The notes below the pieces were generated by a model. It did no database searches and was not told the DNA's origin. It saw nothing but the letters and a program-made list of their open reading frames with translations. From the NCBI RefSeq assembly GCF_964355755.1, contig NC_092673.1, positions 25,913,648 to 25,977,647 of the forward strand: a stretch of DNA of 64,000 bases, read 5' to 3'. Below, piece by piece: positions 11,901 to 24,945 of the stretch (position 1 is its first letter; each line of letters begins with the position of its first letter). This DNA comes from Antedon mediterranea (Eukaryota; Animalia; Echinodermata). A program made the translations under genes and the position numbers.

Positions 11901-14900
11901 GTAACATCCACTAATCTAGAACTTCACATGGAGAAAAGGAAAATACCTGAAAATGCTTTTTAGTACAGTAGGCCAATTTAATACTACCAGTAGGATAATA
12001 ATATTTAATTATACTGACCATAACCATATTCAGGAAACAATTTTGCATATCATCTTCCAAAGATCATATTTCCACACAAATGGAGATTATTTATTCAAAG
12101 TGTTTACATTTACCAAATATTAATTATGATAAATTAATTAACTAATTTTATTTTGGTTGTTAATAATGTTATTAAATTGTAATAAAATCGACTGTTTGAC
12201 GATTCATAAAAATAAAAATAATAAATTAAAATTGTTACCTGCTAGCTACAGTAGATCCTGGTAGGCCAAATCTATCGTAATCGCCCCCATATATGTCTTG
12301 TACTAACTTGTCACAGTTTGAACTATCTCCCTTGGCAGCCATCTCTATTGCTTCTTCAAATGTTTTACAACCAGTCAATAGGCAACTTAGACCTAGGAAT
12401 GTACCTCCACCTAGGCTGAGAAAGAGAAATGAAAAGTTTCAATATTCAATAAGCAACTTAGACCTAAGAATGTACCTCCACCTAGGCTGAGAAAGAGAAT
12501 TGAAAAGTTTCATCAGTGAATAAGCAACGCTGCAGTAAGCAACTTAGACCCCATTTATACTTACAATTTGGCCCAGGCTGGATTCACATTTAACTGTTTG
12601 GGCCCAATCCAGCGTGTTTACATTCCAAACGATGGCCCTGAAGATTAATTTTACTTCATTTCTGAAGCCATTGATCACAGCATAAGCTGGCCCAAACGTA
12701 AAAGCAGCTCCTAGACATACTCAAGAGGTGGTCCAGATCTGCATCCGGCCCAGGGCTGGCCTACATTTATGGAGTGTTTACACTTACCGATTGGCCACCG
12801 ACCGCCGGCCTTGGGCCAAATAGTAAGTGTAAATGGGGTCTTTAGTACCAGGAAGTAACAAACAGTACAGTAAAACAATTATTTATTTTACTATTTACAG
12901 AACACTTAATACTATTGTTACCGAAATGTCTATTTTAATAAGCAATTCATTTAATATTCTTTATGTTGATTTAATTAATTTACATAAAAAACATGTTTGG
13001 AAAACAAGTACCACAATCAAAAAATAAATGACATATTCAAATTCGGTGATGTATTTTTCAAAGATATTTTCTCTAATACAGTATACTGTAACTATAAGCA
13101 TTATTTAATTTATACTTAAAAGGCTAAATATGGTATTTTCAAAATCGATGACCATTTGGTTCAAGCGGTTCATCAGATAACTGAGATTCTATTACATAAA
13201 ACAATACAATGTATTATATAGATACTGTGGAAACTATAACACTGATACTTTAATATCCATGCTAATCAGAATCATTGGTCTCAAACAGATGTTTAATTCT
13301 AAAATATTGTTATTCTAAAATCGGATAATAAAATTATTAACACAAAGCAAAAATAATACACAGTAGAATTAAAATGATTATTTAGGTCCAGATGTTTCAA
13401 TTAAAAATGTTAAATTTGTTTACAAATACAGTCAATTCTTTCAACGACTTTCTGAAAACCAGAAACTTTCCTAATACCTTTTCTTGGGGAACAAAATGTC
13501 CCTAATTCCTTTAAACCATTAAAAACATATTCCGAATACCAGACTTTCCAGAAAACCAGTATATTTGGCCAGCCCAAAGGTATCTGTCTGGTATTGGGAG
13601 AGTTGACTGTATTGATAAAGTGATGTAGTGTTTTTACACAATAAAATAAGTATGATACTGTACTTAAATTTACTTTACTGTAATATTATAAAGCTATTTT
13701 AATATTGTTTTCATTTTAAAATTCATCAATTATCATTTAATTATTGAATAATAAATAAATCACAGTTTATGAGCCTGGATTTTGCAAAAAAAAAATAAAT
13801 GAATAATTGACTAATAGTAATATTTTTTATTATCATAAATCACGCAACTTCATGAATTAGAATTTTAAAATAGCGTGCAAACATGCGGCAGAAATGATAA
13901 TTGCGACAAGTTTTATAATAAATTATTCACATTTTAAATGGCAAGTTTGAAAGGTGAACAGCGATTAGCAACGCATATTATCTGCTTCTTACGGCAATGT
14001 ATGATACGTCCGTATGTAAACAAGGACATTCCTATAAATTTAATTATTGGTGATGTTATAAATGATATAAGGTACTGCAGCAGACTGTGGACCTTAAATT
14101 TGACGATTATGAATATGCTATATAGTGATAATAATTGGTTGTACAAATTTATGTTGATTATCTTGGTGATGCCTGGTGATAAATATTTAAGGTGATGGTG
14201 ATAAATATTTAAGATGATATTTTATATTAATGTATACATAAATATATAAATCCAAAGGCAAATTATGGAAAAAAATGACAATGATGTGGGTATCAGTGGC
14301 TGGATCTCAATGGAGATACAAATAAAATAAACTCTGTAAAAATGACAATAATGTGGATATCAGTGGCTGGATCTCAATCCAATGGAGATACAAAATAAAA
14401 TAAGCACTGAAAAAATGACAATGATGTGGGTATCAGTGGCTGGATCTCAATGGAGATACAAAAAAAATAAACACTGAAAAAATGACAATGATGTGGGTAT
14501 CAGTGGCTGAATCTCAATGGAGATACAAAAAAAAATAAACACTGAAAAAATGACAATGATGTGGGTATCAGTGGATGGATCTCAATGGAGATACAAAAAA
14601 ATAAACACTGAAAAAATGACAATGATGTGTGTACCAGTGGCTGGATCTCAATGGAGATACAAAAAAAATAAACACTGAAAAAATGACAATGATGTGGGTA
14701 TCAGTGGCTGGATCTCAATGGAGATACAAATAAAATAAACTCTGAAAAAATGACAATAATGTGGATATCAGTGGCTGGATCTCAATAGAGATACAAAATA
14801 AAATAAGCACTGAAAAAATGACAATGATGTGGGTATCAGTGGCTGGATCTCAATGGAGATACAAATAAAATAAACTCTGAAAAAATGACAATGATGTGGG

Positions 14901-17900
14901 TATCAGTGGCTGGATCTCAATAGAGATACAAACAAAATAAACTCTCAAAAAATGACAATGCTGTGGATATCAGTGGCTGGATCTTAATAGAGATATACAA
15001 AATAAAATAAACTCTCAAAAATGACAATACTGTGGGTATCAGTGGCTGGATCTTAATGGCGATACAAAAAAAAGCAAAAAGCTAAATCAAAACGACTAAA
15101 CAACCAGAAAAATTCATCTTCACCTTTATCAGTGCAAGTTAATTCTTTGAATTAATTTTTTTTTTTACCATTTGTAAATATTGAATCGATTCTGTTGTTT
15201 TACTGCAAAATCAAATTTTTTTAATTAATAAATCAGAATGAAAATCATCAAGCATATTAACATTATATTACATATATAACATACCTAGTTCCGGACACCC
15301 TACGGAATTTATCTTGTGACTCCACAACTAAAATGCTCACTCCTGATCCGATATTAACGACCATGTACGGATACGGGTCTCGGAAGTCAAAGGGTGTTTT
15401 AACGCTGTCTTCTAGATTTTGAGGATTCGGGTTTTTCCAATAATAACATTCATTGTTTATATGTTCATCAATAAAATGGATACCTTTGATCAAACAGTTT
15501 AATTCATCATGTTTTTGTAAACTCATGTTCACTGTCTAAAGATAAAGAAAAAAATATATTACAAATTATAATGAAAATGATTTTTCTCATAGTGAGAAAA
15601 ACTATAAAGTCAGGCATACGCAGCCCTGAAGTTTTTCAAATGAATAGACTGTTTTTATTTTGCGTTTTCTGAAAGATTGTATCAATTATATTGCGCATAA
15701 ACTTATTTGGCAAAAGGCTTCCTACTAGGAGTTTTATCAGAATGATAATCTATATTGTGTTGACAAATCTTGTAACATGACCACAGTGCTGATTATTCTA
15801 TTTTCAAAACTTGAATGTAATGGGAAAGTGGACAGCAGTCATGTAAGAAGATTATATAACAATAGTTTCTGTAATTCTACTTGATTTGTTTTTGATTTGT
15901 CGGCCAATTGATTGTTTTGCTTGAATGAGCACTTAGAAATACTCAGCTTGTTATAGAACACTTTACAAGCATTAATCCACACTCTCAGTCCTGTCTACAC
16001 TATCAAACTTTATGTGATGTGCCCATATATGGACATGATGATGTCATATCACTACCATATTTGGGAATATCACTACTATATTTGGGCACATACCTCTTTT
16101 TTGATAGTGTAGACAAAGCTTAAGAATGGCAAAGTGGAAGGTAGTCATTGTCACGTAACAATGATTTTATTTTGTCAGTGTTCTGCTCAGAAGAGCATCC
16201 AAAATGTTCCCATAATAAAGTTTATCAGGTGGTTTCATTCTATGGAAACACTTTACTGTACATGAACAATATTCACTCAATTGGAAAGTCAATCATTATC
16301 CATAACAACAATAGCCTCGTATCATATTCAAATATTTGGATTTATTTATCAAATACACTAACCAGATTTTAGAAGGCCAAATTAAATTATACATTGTAGA
16401 ATAAATAATAAAACTTACTTCGTGAAATTCAGATTCAAATTTATAAGCACCGCCGCCCGTTGCATGAATAGTGTCCGCCAAGCTTCGTAAATTTTTGGCC
16501 TCTACCATTTCTAAAAATAGATTCATACTTGCCGACGGAAAACGTATAAAATGTAAGGATCCTACATGGTCTAAAATCTGTATATTTTTCATTTCAAGGT
16601 GGACGTCCCTAATTCCTGTGTCGCCGTATGCAACGTTGGAAGTTAAATAATGACGAATGTTCTGCAACGTGTCCATCTCTATTTCTGGGTCATCTTCAGG
16701 ACCAGTGACATCAGTAGGTTCAAAGTATACAAGTTTTGCCAGAGTTCCACCAATATCAACTCCAAACCATGGCATTGCTAGAGAAAAATATAATTGTTAT
16801 TAGAACAAGAAGGTACAACTGAATCTTTTGTGCTTTAATATAAATAAAATATCTTTTATTTTGTAATATTTAAAATAATTTATTGGCCACAGTAGTAGAT
16901 GACTGTAAATGTTTTGTATTTGATCCTACATTTCTATATGGATTGCATTTGTAGATGGATCTATCGATTACATGTGTATGTGTTTTGGATTGCATTTGTA
17001 CATGTGTTTCTCTATGGTTCCTCAATGGTTCCTCAAAAGGGCATCTTTTATAGTATATCTATAATTAGTTTTATCATGCATTATGCAATATCTTGAAATG
17101 CATAATGCATACAGTAACCCAGTACATAAATTATGGGAGTACCAGTATTTGTTGCCGGTAGTAGTATTAGTAGTGTACATGGTGTGATCTATTCTAAACT
17201 ATTAAAAAGTATTAAATGCTGGTTAGTTGCGTTTTTCTAATAGTTTAAATGAAACCGGGTCTGATCTACAATACAGTAAGATAATAATTTTAGGGAAAAC
17301 GTTTATTGAAAATAACAACATTTCTTTGTTTAGTCCAGTTTTCAAAATGTTTTACTGTTTTTACATATTTTGTTTGGTTATTACAGTATATTGTTTTTTG
17401 TATGTATTTTTATCGTGTTTTTTAACCTTAAGATACAAATGTAAATTACTAATTTATTTGACAATTAATTTGAACTTGAACTATAATTTATAACCTATAA
17501 AAAGAATAGGCGATTCCAACTGGTCTGTTTTGAGATCTACAGTTTCCCTCCTCGAACTCCTCGCTGTTTTTTATCTAAGCAGTGTGTGTAGATCTTTTGA
17601 GAGAGCGGTTTGAAGAGTCCGCAATAATTGACCAGTCGACTATGCCTATATTTATCACTGATGATAAGTTTTTGAAAATTGTAAAAACAGAAAAAATTGT
17701 ATTCAATGACATAGGTAAGGTTTATTTAAAAAGGTGCCAGTACCTATAATAAATATGAAAATGAATTTATTCCAGTTGAAATTCAATGTGTGTAATAAGC
17801 TACCAGTAATAGTACTATCTACACAAGAAGTAGGAGTTTATGAATGGCAATTGGCGTAATCGACTGGCAATTTCCGGTAATACTATTATAATTTATTTAT

Positions 17901-18442
17901 TATTATTTATTATTTATTTTATTTCAACAATATTTTACGAGGGTGGTCCGTCCAGCAGAAGCTGATTATTAGGGTGATATGATGATTTCAATAGAAATTG
18001 ATAATGAAATGATAATTTCAATCAATCCTCACCCCCCTATTTATGCAACATCACAGTAGATACTTTCTCATGGAATAAACAAGGGGCAACATTAGCCCAC
18101 CACTATTTAAAATACACCGCTCCAAGGGGACATTGAGTTGGGTCCCAAAGCAAAGGTGTCCCTTCAATAGGGGTTTTACTGTCAACAAACTTCTCAACTA
18201 TGCTAATAATGCTATTAGTATTAAATCAAAAAAGAATGACAGATTCAAGTAAATGGGAATGTCGGAACCAATAACAGTTTGTAATGTTTTAATTTGATTT
18301 AGGCCTATAGAGTAGGTAGTAAGAAATACATTATAATAACAAGATTTTGGCTAAACTTACGTGGTTTTCTAATAGAATTATGTCGTTGTCGTTTTCCTCT
18401 AACACACTGAGGGCAGCTCGTCTTGTCCTTCTCTGATTCCAT
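8440..18442 (-). CDS. PANK: Type II pantothenate kinase (PANK1/2/3-like), 7 coding exons, 401 aa
   Basis: Exons 18361-18442, 16419-16777, 15285-15535, 12239-12415, 11314-11437, 10128-10253 and 8440-8526 (82+359+251+177+124+126+87=1206 nt) join in frame over GT-AG introns. Motifs include [62 protein letters not shown] and [12 protein letters not shown]. Confidence 0.97.
8808..9734. mobile_element. Tourist-like (PIF/Harbinger) MITE interrupted by a HINE
   Basis: TIR AGCTCTGTCTACAC / GTGTAGACAGAGCT with TSD TTA on both sides. Lies in PANK intron 6. Confidence 0.85.
8913..9700 (+). mobile_element. Helentron-associated interspersed element (HINE/DINE-1-like), long form
   Basis: Sub-terminal inverted repeat AGTCGCGTG (8917) / CACGCGACT (9672), two (GTCY)n microsatellites, 3' short stem-loop GGCTGTTGGCC, and insertion into a T-run without a TSD. 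Confidence 0.75.
10128..10253 (-). CDS. PANK: PANK coding exon 6
   Basis: [42 protein letters not shown]. 126 nt, GTAAGT donor. Confidence 0.96.
11038..11143. repeat. Interspersed repeat fragment; inverted homolog at 42013-42120
   Basis: AGGGCTTCTCTCGT...GATACTAGATGCAGGGGCTGYCATAAGAGTCAGC matches the reverse complement at 42013-42120. Confidence 0.75.
11314..11437 (-). CDS. PANK: PANK coding exon 5
   Basis: [42 protein letters not shown]. 124 nt. Confidence 0.96.
12239..12415 (-). CDS. PANK: PANK coding exon 4
   Basis: [59 protein letters not shown]. 177 nt, CAG acceptor, GTAAC donor. Confidence 0.96.
12547..12840. mobile_element. MITE, probably PIF/Harbinger-type
   Basis: 28-bp TIR GACCCCATTTAYACTTACWATTTGGCCC with TTA-like flanks. 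Confidence 0.7.
13429..13609. mobile_element. Tc1/mariner-type MITE
   Basis: TA|CAGTCAATTCT ... AGAGTTGACTG|TA with TA TSD. Confidence 0.65.
14270..15100. repeat. About 66-bp minisatellite x12 in PANK intron 3, derived from an interspersed repeat
   Basis: Unit AAAAAATGACAATGATGTGGGTATCAGTGGCTGGATCTCAATGGAGATACAAATAAAATAAACTCTG. Monomeric relatives lie at about 27273-27335 and 55454-55580. Confidence 0.93.
15285..15535 (-). CDS. PANK: PANK coding exon 3
   Basis: [18 protein letters not shown]...[16 protein letters not shown]...RVSGT. TTTAG acceptor, GTATG donor. Confidence 0.96.
15987..16120. mobile_element. Tourist-like MITE (AGCTCTGTCTACAC family)
   Basis: TIRs and internal TGTGATGTGCCCATATATGGAC core shared with the other copies. 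Confidence 0.8.
16419..16777 (-). CDS. PANK: PANK coding exon 2
   Basis: [21 protein letters not shown]...[17 protein letters not shown] acceptor, GTAAG donor. Confidence 0.97.
18361..18442 (-). CDS. PANK: PANK coding exon 1 ([27 protein letters not shown])
   Basis: ATG at 18442. GTAAG donor after 18361. Phase 1 matches the exon 2 acceptor (C|CA ATG CCA TGG). Confidence 0.85.
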
Positions 18443-19361
18443 CTTTAAAACTTGCTTGGTTTGGTTACTACACCAATAACAACAGTGGGTATTGTGTTAG
18501 TACTGTGTTCAGTCGAGTGTTGACATACAAACGAGATAGCAGAGACACGCCTCCTACTTGAAGCAGCCCTCTATATACTGTATTAGTATGCACAGCCGCA
18601 AGCACAGAGTGGTGGCTCACTCACACACAGTCAACCTAGCCTACCCTCCTCTTCTCCAAAACTAGCTAGCCTAGGCCCAGTGTAATTAACCTACAATTTA
18701 CACTTTATAAAGGCCAATTCCAAATAAAATAAATGTACATAATTAAAAAATCTATATAGATTACAAATATGCATTTATTTGTAGATTTGCTAATTGTTCT
18801 ACACATACAAACTGTTGTTTTGTCTGCATGTTTCAGCAACTGTACTGCAGGAACGATGCATTTTCCGATAGTGGAACATCAGATCTCCTAACGTGATAAA
18901 TATCATAAGACCGAATCTCTGATTGGTCAGGAGATAGATTATTGCCATTCTAGCAGATACGATTTTGTATACCGGCATTGGTTATTAGAGCTATATTTCC
19001 TATACCATCCTGGCTAGTTGAGAATTCTCAACTATTTTATGTTTTTTTCTACCTTTCTGGAAAATGATATAATCCAAATTGTATTAATACTACCAGTAGT
19101 AAACATTTAGAAACACTTGCATACCTTCACTAATTTTAGTTGTTTGTAGTTTAAGACAATCTTAGTGATATTTAAATGAAAACAATACCATAAAAACTAT
19201 TGTGTCTGTATTTTACAAGACTATGACTTCCGTATAACGTGCATTGTGGGTACTTCAATTTTTATAGAAAAGCTAGGGAATCCTAATTTAGTAGGTAGCA
19301 TATGGGGGCGGGGCAACCAAACTTGCTTATCAAATCAAAGCACAGTAAAGCAAAGGATAAA

Positions 19362-19684
19362 ATTAATGTACGATCCAGTTTACCACTGTTCTCAACTATA
19401 GTAATTTTAGTATACTTGAGCACAGTGATAAAGAATAGGATAAACTTAACAATATACAACAAATAGCATTAATGTACGATCCAGTTTAACACTGTTCTCA
19501 ACTATAGACATTTTTGTATACTTGAGCACAGTGATAAAGAATAGGATAAACTTAACAATATACAACAAAAAACATTAATGTACGATCCAGTTTAACACTG
19601 TTCTCAACTATAGTCATTTTGGTATACTTGAGAACAGTGATAAAGAATAGGATAAACTTAACAATATACAACAAATAACATTAA
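19362..19684 (+). repeat. 106-bp satellite, array 1 (x3)
   Basis: GTACGATCC at 19368, 19474 and 19580. Confidence 0.92.
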
Positions 19685-20228
19685 AGATGTATTGTCCCCC
19701 TGAACAAAAATTTTTTTTTTTTTAAAAGGCCATTTTAATGATACATAAAAGTTATTCACTTTGAAAAAAAATTGGATCAAAAAAAAAAATTATTTACCTT
19801 AGAAAATCGTAATTTAAAGTAAAAAATAGTCAACCGGAAGTCGGTTGGCTGGCAGCCAGCTGGCTTCCGGTTTAATTTAACCCTTGACCTGAATTAGCTT
19901 ATGAATTATGCATATTGTATGATTCTTGTGCGTGTATGTGACCTCTAGGTTATCAGAAAAAAAATACGACGTGATATGGCGAGACGACGATGTGGGAAAG
20001 TTCTGTAGTTTAACAACAAAAAAAACAACTCCTACTTGAAGAAAAGACTATGGCTAGGTCCTAGCAGATTGGTAAGTAAGAACTGTAGTTTCTATGGTGC
20101 AGCTTTGTTAGTTAGTACTATAGGAAGCCTAGCTAGCCCATTACAGCTGTACTGGCTATCTAGTGTACTATCCCCTATCTATTGGCTAGGCCTAGAGTAG
20201 TAGCTAGTCTAGTAGTGGTAGTAGTACT

Positions 20229-22561
20229 GAATACAGGTCAACCCGTACCCATGCCAACTCGTACCCACCAACTCGTACCCAAATTTTGGCTTACTCGTAC
20301 CCAAAATTTTGGCTGACCCGTACCCATCATTGGCTGACCCGTACCCATCATTGGCTGGCCCGTACCCAAGTTTAATGCTATTTAAAGTATATTTATATTA
20401 CATTTAAACCCAGTTTTATTAAATTTTTAGATACCAATCATATGTTCGATATTATAATGGCAAAAACTATTGACCTAAAATGTATAATAATATGTACAGA
20501 CTCGTACGAAAAAAGCACAGCTTTCATCGTATTTCCGTACGTCGTATTTGGTAAAGTTAATACTTGAGGGCGCTGTTTTATATGGCTCTGTGGAAGATGT
20601 CAGTGGTCGGCTGTGCTGCATTCTATTTTTTTTTCATTTATGAGTTATTAATCTATTATTTTCTACGAATAGTAGTACATGGAAATTGAAATACCCACTA
20701 GTCTGTGATGATGAAAACTTGAATTATTAAAAGTAAACATGAATATCTTTTATACATAATTTGTATTTTCATTTTATTTTACAGATAATGAAGTAATGTG
20801 CTTTTTGAAAATCGTTTTAAAACGAATGGTTTTTGTTGTTTTGTTTTGCAAGTTTTGGAAAATAAAACTGTTTTAACATTTCGAAAATATTTAATACATT
20901 TTTAAATAGTCACTCGTATTTTAAAATCACGAAACTATTTAAGTGGATACCAGCCTCATTGCTGCTATGAGCATTTAGTAGTAGATTAGATTATTGCCGT
21001 TTATCTAGTATACAATGACGATGTGAGAGTAATAATAAAAGGTAACTACTGTACTAACCTCCAATAATTTAACATTTAATTACAAACGACGACATTTGCT
21101 GTTATTACGTTTTCATTTTATAATGATTATTACTGTATTATTATGACTAAAAACCGAAATAAATACTACTAAAACTTAAAAAAATCATCTTATCGCTGAC
21201 AGATACGTAAGTACTCAGACACGTTTATATTATTTTAGTAAATAAGACGACATCCGTTGCCATGGAAAAACGATCGTAGTTCATTTCATTTGTCTTATTT
21301 GACACATTATAGAATGCGTATTTTTTTTTTTAAAGGGAATCCCTCGTCAGCAAAAACACGTAGCTGTAAGTTATTGAGGAAACATCTACCAAAAATGTTT
21401 AATTACCGTAAACAAACAGATAATTTTACTGAATTATTTAAGAAAAAAAATAAATAGAAAACGATCATACGCCACATTGCGTTGCCTATTTTTGGACACA
21501 CTACAAATGGACCCGTACAAATGCGTTTTTTTTTTAAATAATAAAGAGGAATCCCCATTCAGCAAAAACACGTAGCTGTTATAGAAGAAAATCTGCCAAA
21601 ATGTTTAATTGCCTTAGGCTACAGTACGACAGTACGTGTATATGATCATTTCACTGAATTATTAATAAATAAAATATATGGAAAATGATCATACGTCATT
21701 ACTAAGTCGTCTCTTTGACGCCGGCCCTATAAATGCGTGTTTTTTATAATTAAAGGTTAATCCCGGTCAGAAAAAACACGTAACACGAAATCTACGAGTA
21801 ATTCGACCCCATAGCCCGGCAGGCTTTTTGCTTAAAACAGGGTGTTGTTAATTCAACCAATTTTAAATATACCAAATACAATAGAAATAATTACTTGATC
21901 GAATGTAATCAGGGAAGATAATTAGAATAAAATAAAAGAATAAAAATTGATAAGTATAAAATTATACGTTGTTGGTACTTTACCTGGGCTTAATTGAATT
22001 GTAATACTAACTATACAACAGTTAAAATATTTTTTTTATTAATTAATGTTCTCTTACGTAAATAAAAAAGACACATCAAACATACGTTTATAAAACTATA
22101 ATACTAGATTTAAATAAATGTTAACAAATATATGCCTAATTAAACGAAGTCTACAATCAAATCAATGGTCATTTTTATTAGCACACATTTCACCGAGACC
22201 TGTAAAATAAAAAAAACAATTTAAATATAAAAATATTCATACGGCAAAAGCATACCACTAGTTTTGCGCCGATCAAATCATTACAAGTAATTATTTAAAT
22301 TGGGTACGAGTAGGCCAAATAATGGGTACGAGTAAGCCAAAAATGGGTACGGGTAAGCCAAAAAATCGGTACGAGTAAGCCAAATACTTGGGTACGAGTA
22401 AGCCAAATATTTAGGTACGAGTTGGCATGGGTACGGGTTGGTTTGGGTACGGGTTAGCCAAAGTGGGTACGAGTTGACCAATTATTTGGGTACGGGTTAG
22501 CCAAGTTGGGTACGAGTTGGCATGGGTACGGGTTGGTTTGGGTACGGGTTGACCAGCACCC
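20229..22561. mobile_element. Mutator-like (MULE) non-autonomous element with tandem-repeat TIRs
   Basis: Inverted ends made of repeated CTCGTACCCA/CCCGTACCCA units, G...C termini, and 8-bp TSD GTAGTACT (20221-20228, 22562-22569). Confidence 0.7.
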
Positions 22562-22640
22562 GTAGTACTAGGCCTAGTTGTAGGCCTGAGTGAGGGTTCA
22601 CCCTGAGTGAGTAGCAGGCCTAGCTAATACTAATAGATAC

Positions 22641-24945
22641 GGTTCTAGGACACCTACCCCCTAGACAGTTACCCCCCGGATGTTTACCACCCGGACAACT
22701 ACCCCCTTAGGACAACTACCCCCCGGACAACTACCCCCCGGACAACTACCCCCTTAGGACAACTACCCCCTTAGGATAACAACCCCCCGGACAACTACCC
22801 CCCGGACAACCACCCCCTTAGGACAACTACCCCCTTAGGATAACTACCCCCGGTCAACTACCCCCCGGTCAACTACCCCCCGGTCAACTACCCCCCCCCC
22901 CCCCATCCAAAAGTAGACAAATATATAGGACCGGTTTCTGTAAAAATGAAATCATCTGTTTTTAACGGGTGTTTCGAAACTAGAGATCCGAGACCAGAGA
23001 CCTGAAACGAGACCCAATACGAAAAGGGAGACCTATATTTGGGTCTCCCTTTTCGTATATTATTAGGGTCTCCCTTTTCGTATAGTGTGGTCTCTCTTTT
23101 CGTATAGTGGGGTCTCCCTTTTCTTATAGTGGGTCTCCCTTTTCTTATAGTGGGTCTCCCTTTTCGTATATTTGGGCCTCCCATTTTGTATATTTGGGTC
23201 TCCCTTTCGTATAATTGGGTCTCCCTTTTCGTATATTTAGGTCTCCCTTTTCGTATATTAGGGTCTCCCTTTTCGTATAGTGGGGTCTCCCTTTTCGTAT
23301 AGGGGGTCTCCCTTTTCGGTTCTAGGACACCTACCCCCTAGACAGTTACCCCCCGGATGTTTACCACCCGGACAACTACCCCCTTAGGACAACTACCCCC
23401 GGACAACTACCCCCTTAGGACAACTACCCCCTTAGGATAACAAACCCCCGGACAACTACCCCCCGGTCAACTACCCCCGGTCAACTACCCCCCCCCCCCC
23501 CATCCAAAAGTAGACAAATATATAGGACCGGTTTCTGTAAAAATGAAATTGTTTTTAACGGGTGTTTCGAAACTAGAGATCCGAGACCAGAGACCTGAAA
23601 CGAGACCCAATACGAAAATGGAGACCTATATTTGGGTCTCCCTTTTCGTATATTATTAGGGTCTCCCTTTTCGTATAGTGTGGTCTCTCTTTTCGTATAG
23701 TGGGGTCTCCCTTTTCTTATAGTGGGTCTCCCTTTTCTTATAGTGGGTCTCCCTTTTCGTATATTTGGGCCTCCCATTTTGTATATTTGGGTCTCCCTTT
23801 CGTATAATTGGGTCTCCCTTTTCGTATATTTAGGTCTCCCTTTTCGTATATTAGGGTCTCCCTTTTCGTATAGTGGGGTCTCCCTTTTCGTATAGTGGGG
23901 TCTCCCTTTTCGTACGTGGGTCTCCCTTTTCGTATATTTAGGTCTCCCTTTTCGTATTGGGTCTCTGGTCTCTGGTCTCGGGTCTCTAGTTTCGAAACAC
24001 CCGTTTTTAACCGATTATTCTGTTTAACAGCACGCTAGACCCTAGATGTGCTAGATTTAAAGTACCGTATTTATTGAAAAAACGGCCTGGGCTGTTTATT
24101 GTTTAGGTGGTTTTTAGGTGGACATTTATTGGAAGAAAGTTGTTTATTCAATGGGAGGGGGTATAATCTAATGGAAATAGACGCCGATTATTCCATATGA
24201 TGTTTCATGGGAGTGACATGGTCACCGTTTATTTGAGGGGAATTTATTTAAAGATCGACGTTTATTCGGTGAGTGAACATTGAGGTCAAATATCAAAAGT
24301 GATATTATTCTTCAAGTGTACAAAAATACATATATGACAAATTTGAGACAAATATTAATTCTTTTAAGACCAGTGGTTATCGAAGCATTGTCCTGACGCA
24401 AAAATTATTATTATTATTAGCGATCCCAGTCTTTACAGTAAATACAGGGAGTACTATATAATACGTTCGACTATCCTATGATCATGTGTGACGATCTTCA
24501 GTTTATACCAGGCTATATTTATGTTCAATCTTTTACTTTTGTTTACAATAATGAATAGTAATTCGTCAAAGTAACGAATTAAAATATAGTTATTAATTCC
24601 TATTATACACTGTTGCAGAGTCAGGTTGTTGAATGGTCTGGGTGGTTAGGGTGTTCTAAAGGGATAGTTTTCTGGGTGGTAATTGTCCGGGGGGTAATTG
24701 TCCGGGTGGTAATTGTCCGGGGGGTAATTGTTCCTAGGGGGTAATTGTCCGGGGGGTAGTTGTCCAGGGGGTAGTTGTCCTAAGGGGGTTGTTGTCCTAA
24801 GGGGGTAGTTGTCCGGGGGGTATTTGTCCGGGGGGTAGTTGTCCTAAAGGGGTAGTTGTCCTAAGGGGGTAGTGGTCCAGGTGGTGGTTGTCCGGGGGGT
24901 AGTTGTCCGGGGGGTAAATGTCCAGGGGGTGAATATCCGGATACG
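22641..24945. mobile_element. Mutator-like non-autonomous element with GGACAACTACCCC tandem TIRs
   Basis: Left arm of GGACAACTACCCCC repeats, right arm of GGGGGTAGTTGTCC repeats, and 8-bp TSD ATAGATAC (22633-22640, 24946-24953). Confidence 0.72.
23560..24002. mobile_element. Mutator-like MITE nested in 22641-24945; partial duplicate at 22967-23316
   Basis: TIR GGGTGTTTCGAAACTAGAGA / TCTCTAGTTTCGAAACACCC, 9-bp TSD GTTTTTAAC, and internal GGGTCTCCCTTTTCGTATA repeats. Confidence 0.8.

Noticed and set aside
22888-23777. Two near-identical 98-aa minus-strand ORFs (IRKGRP repeats)
   Set aside because: Read-through of MITE tandem repeats, duplicated with the local tandem duplication.
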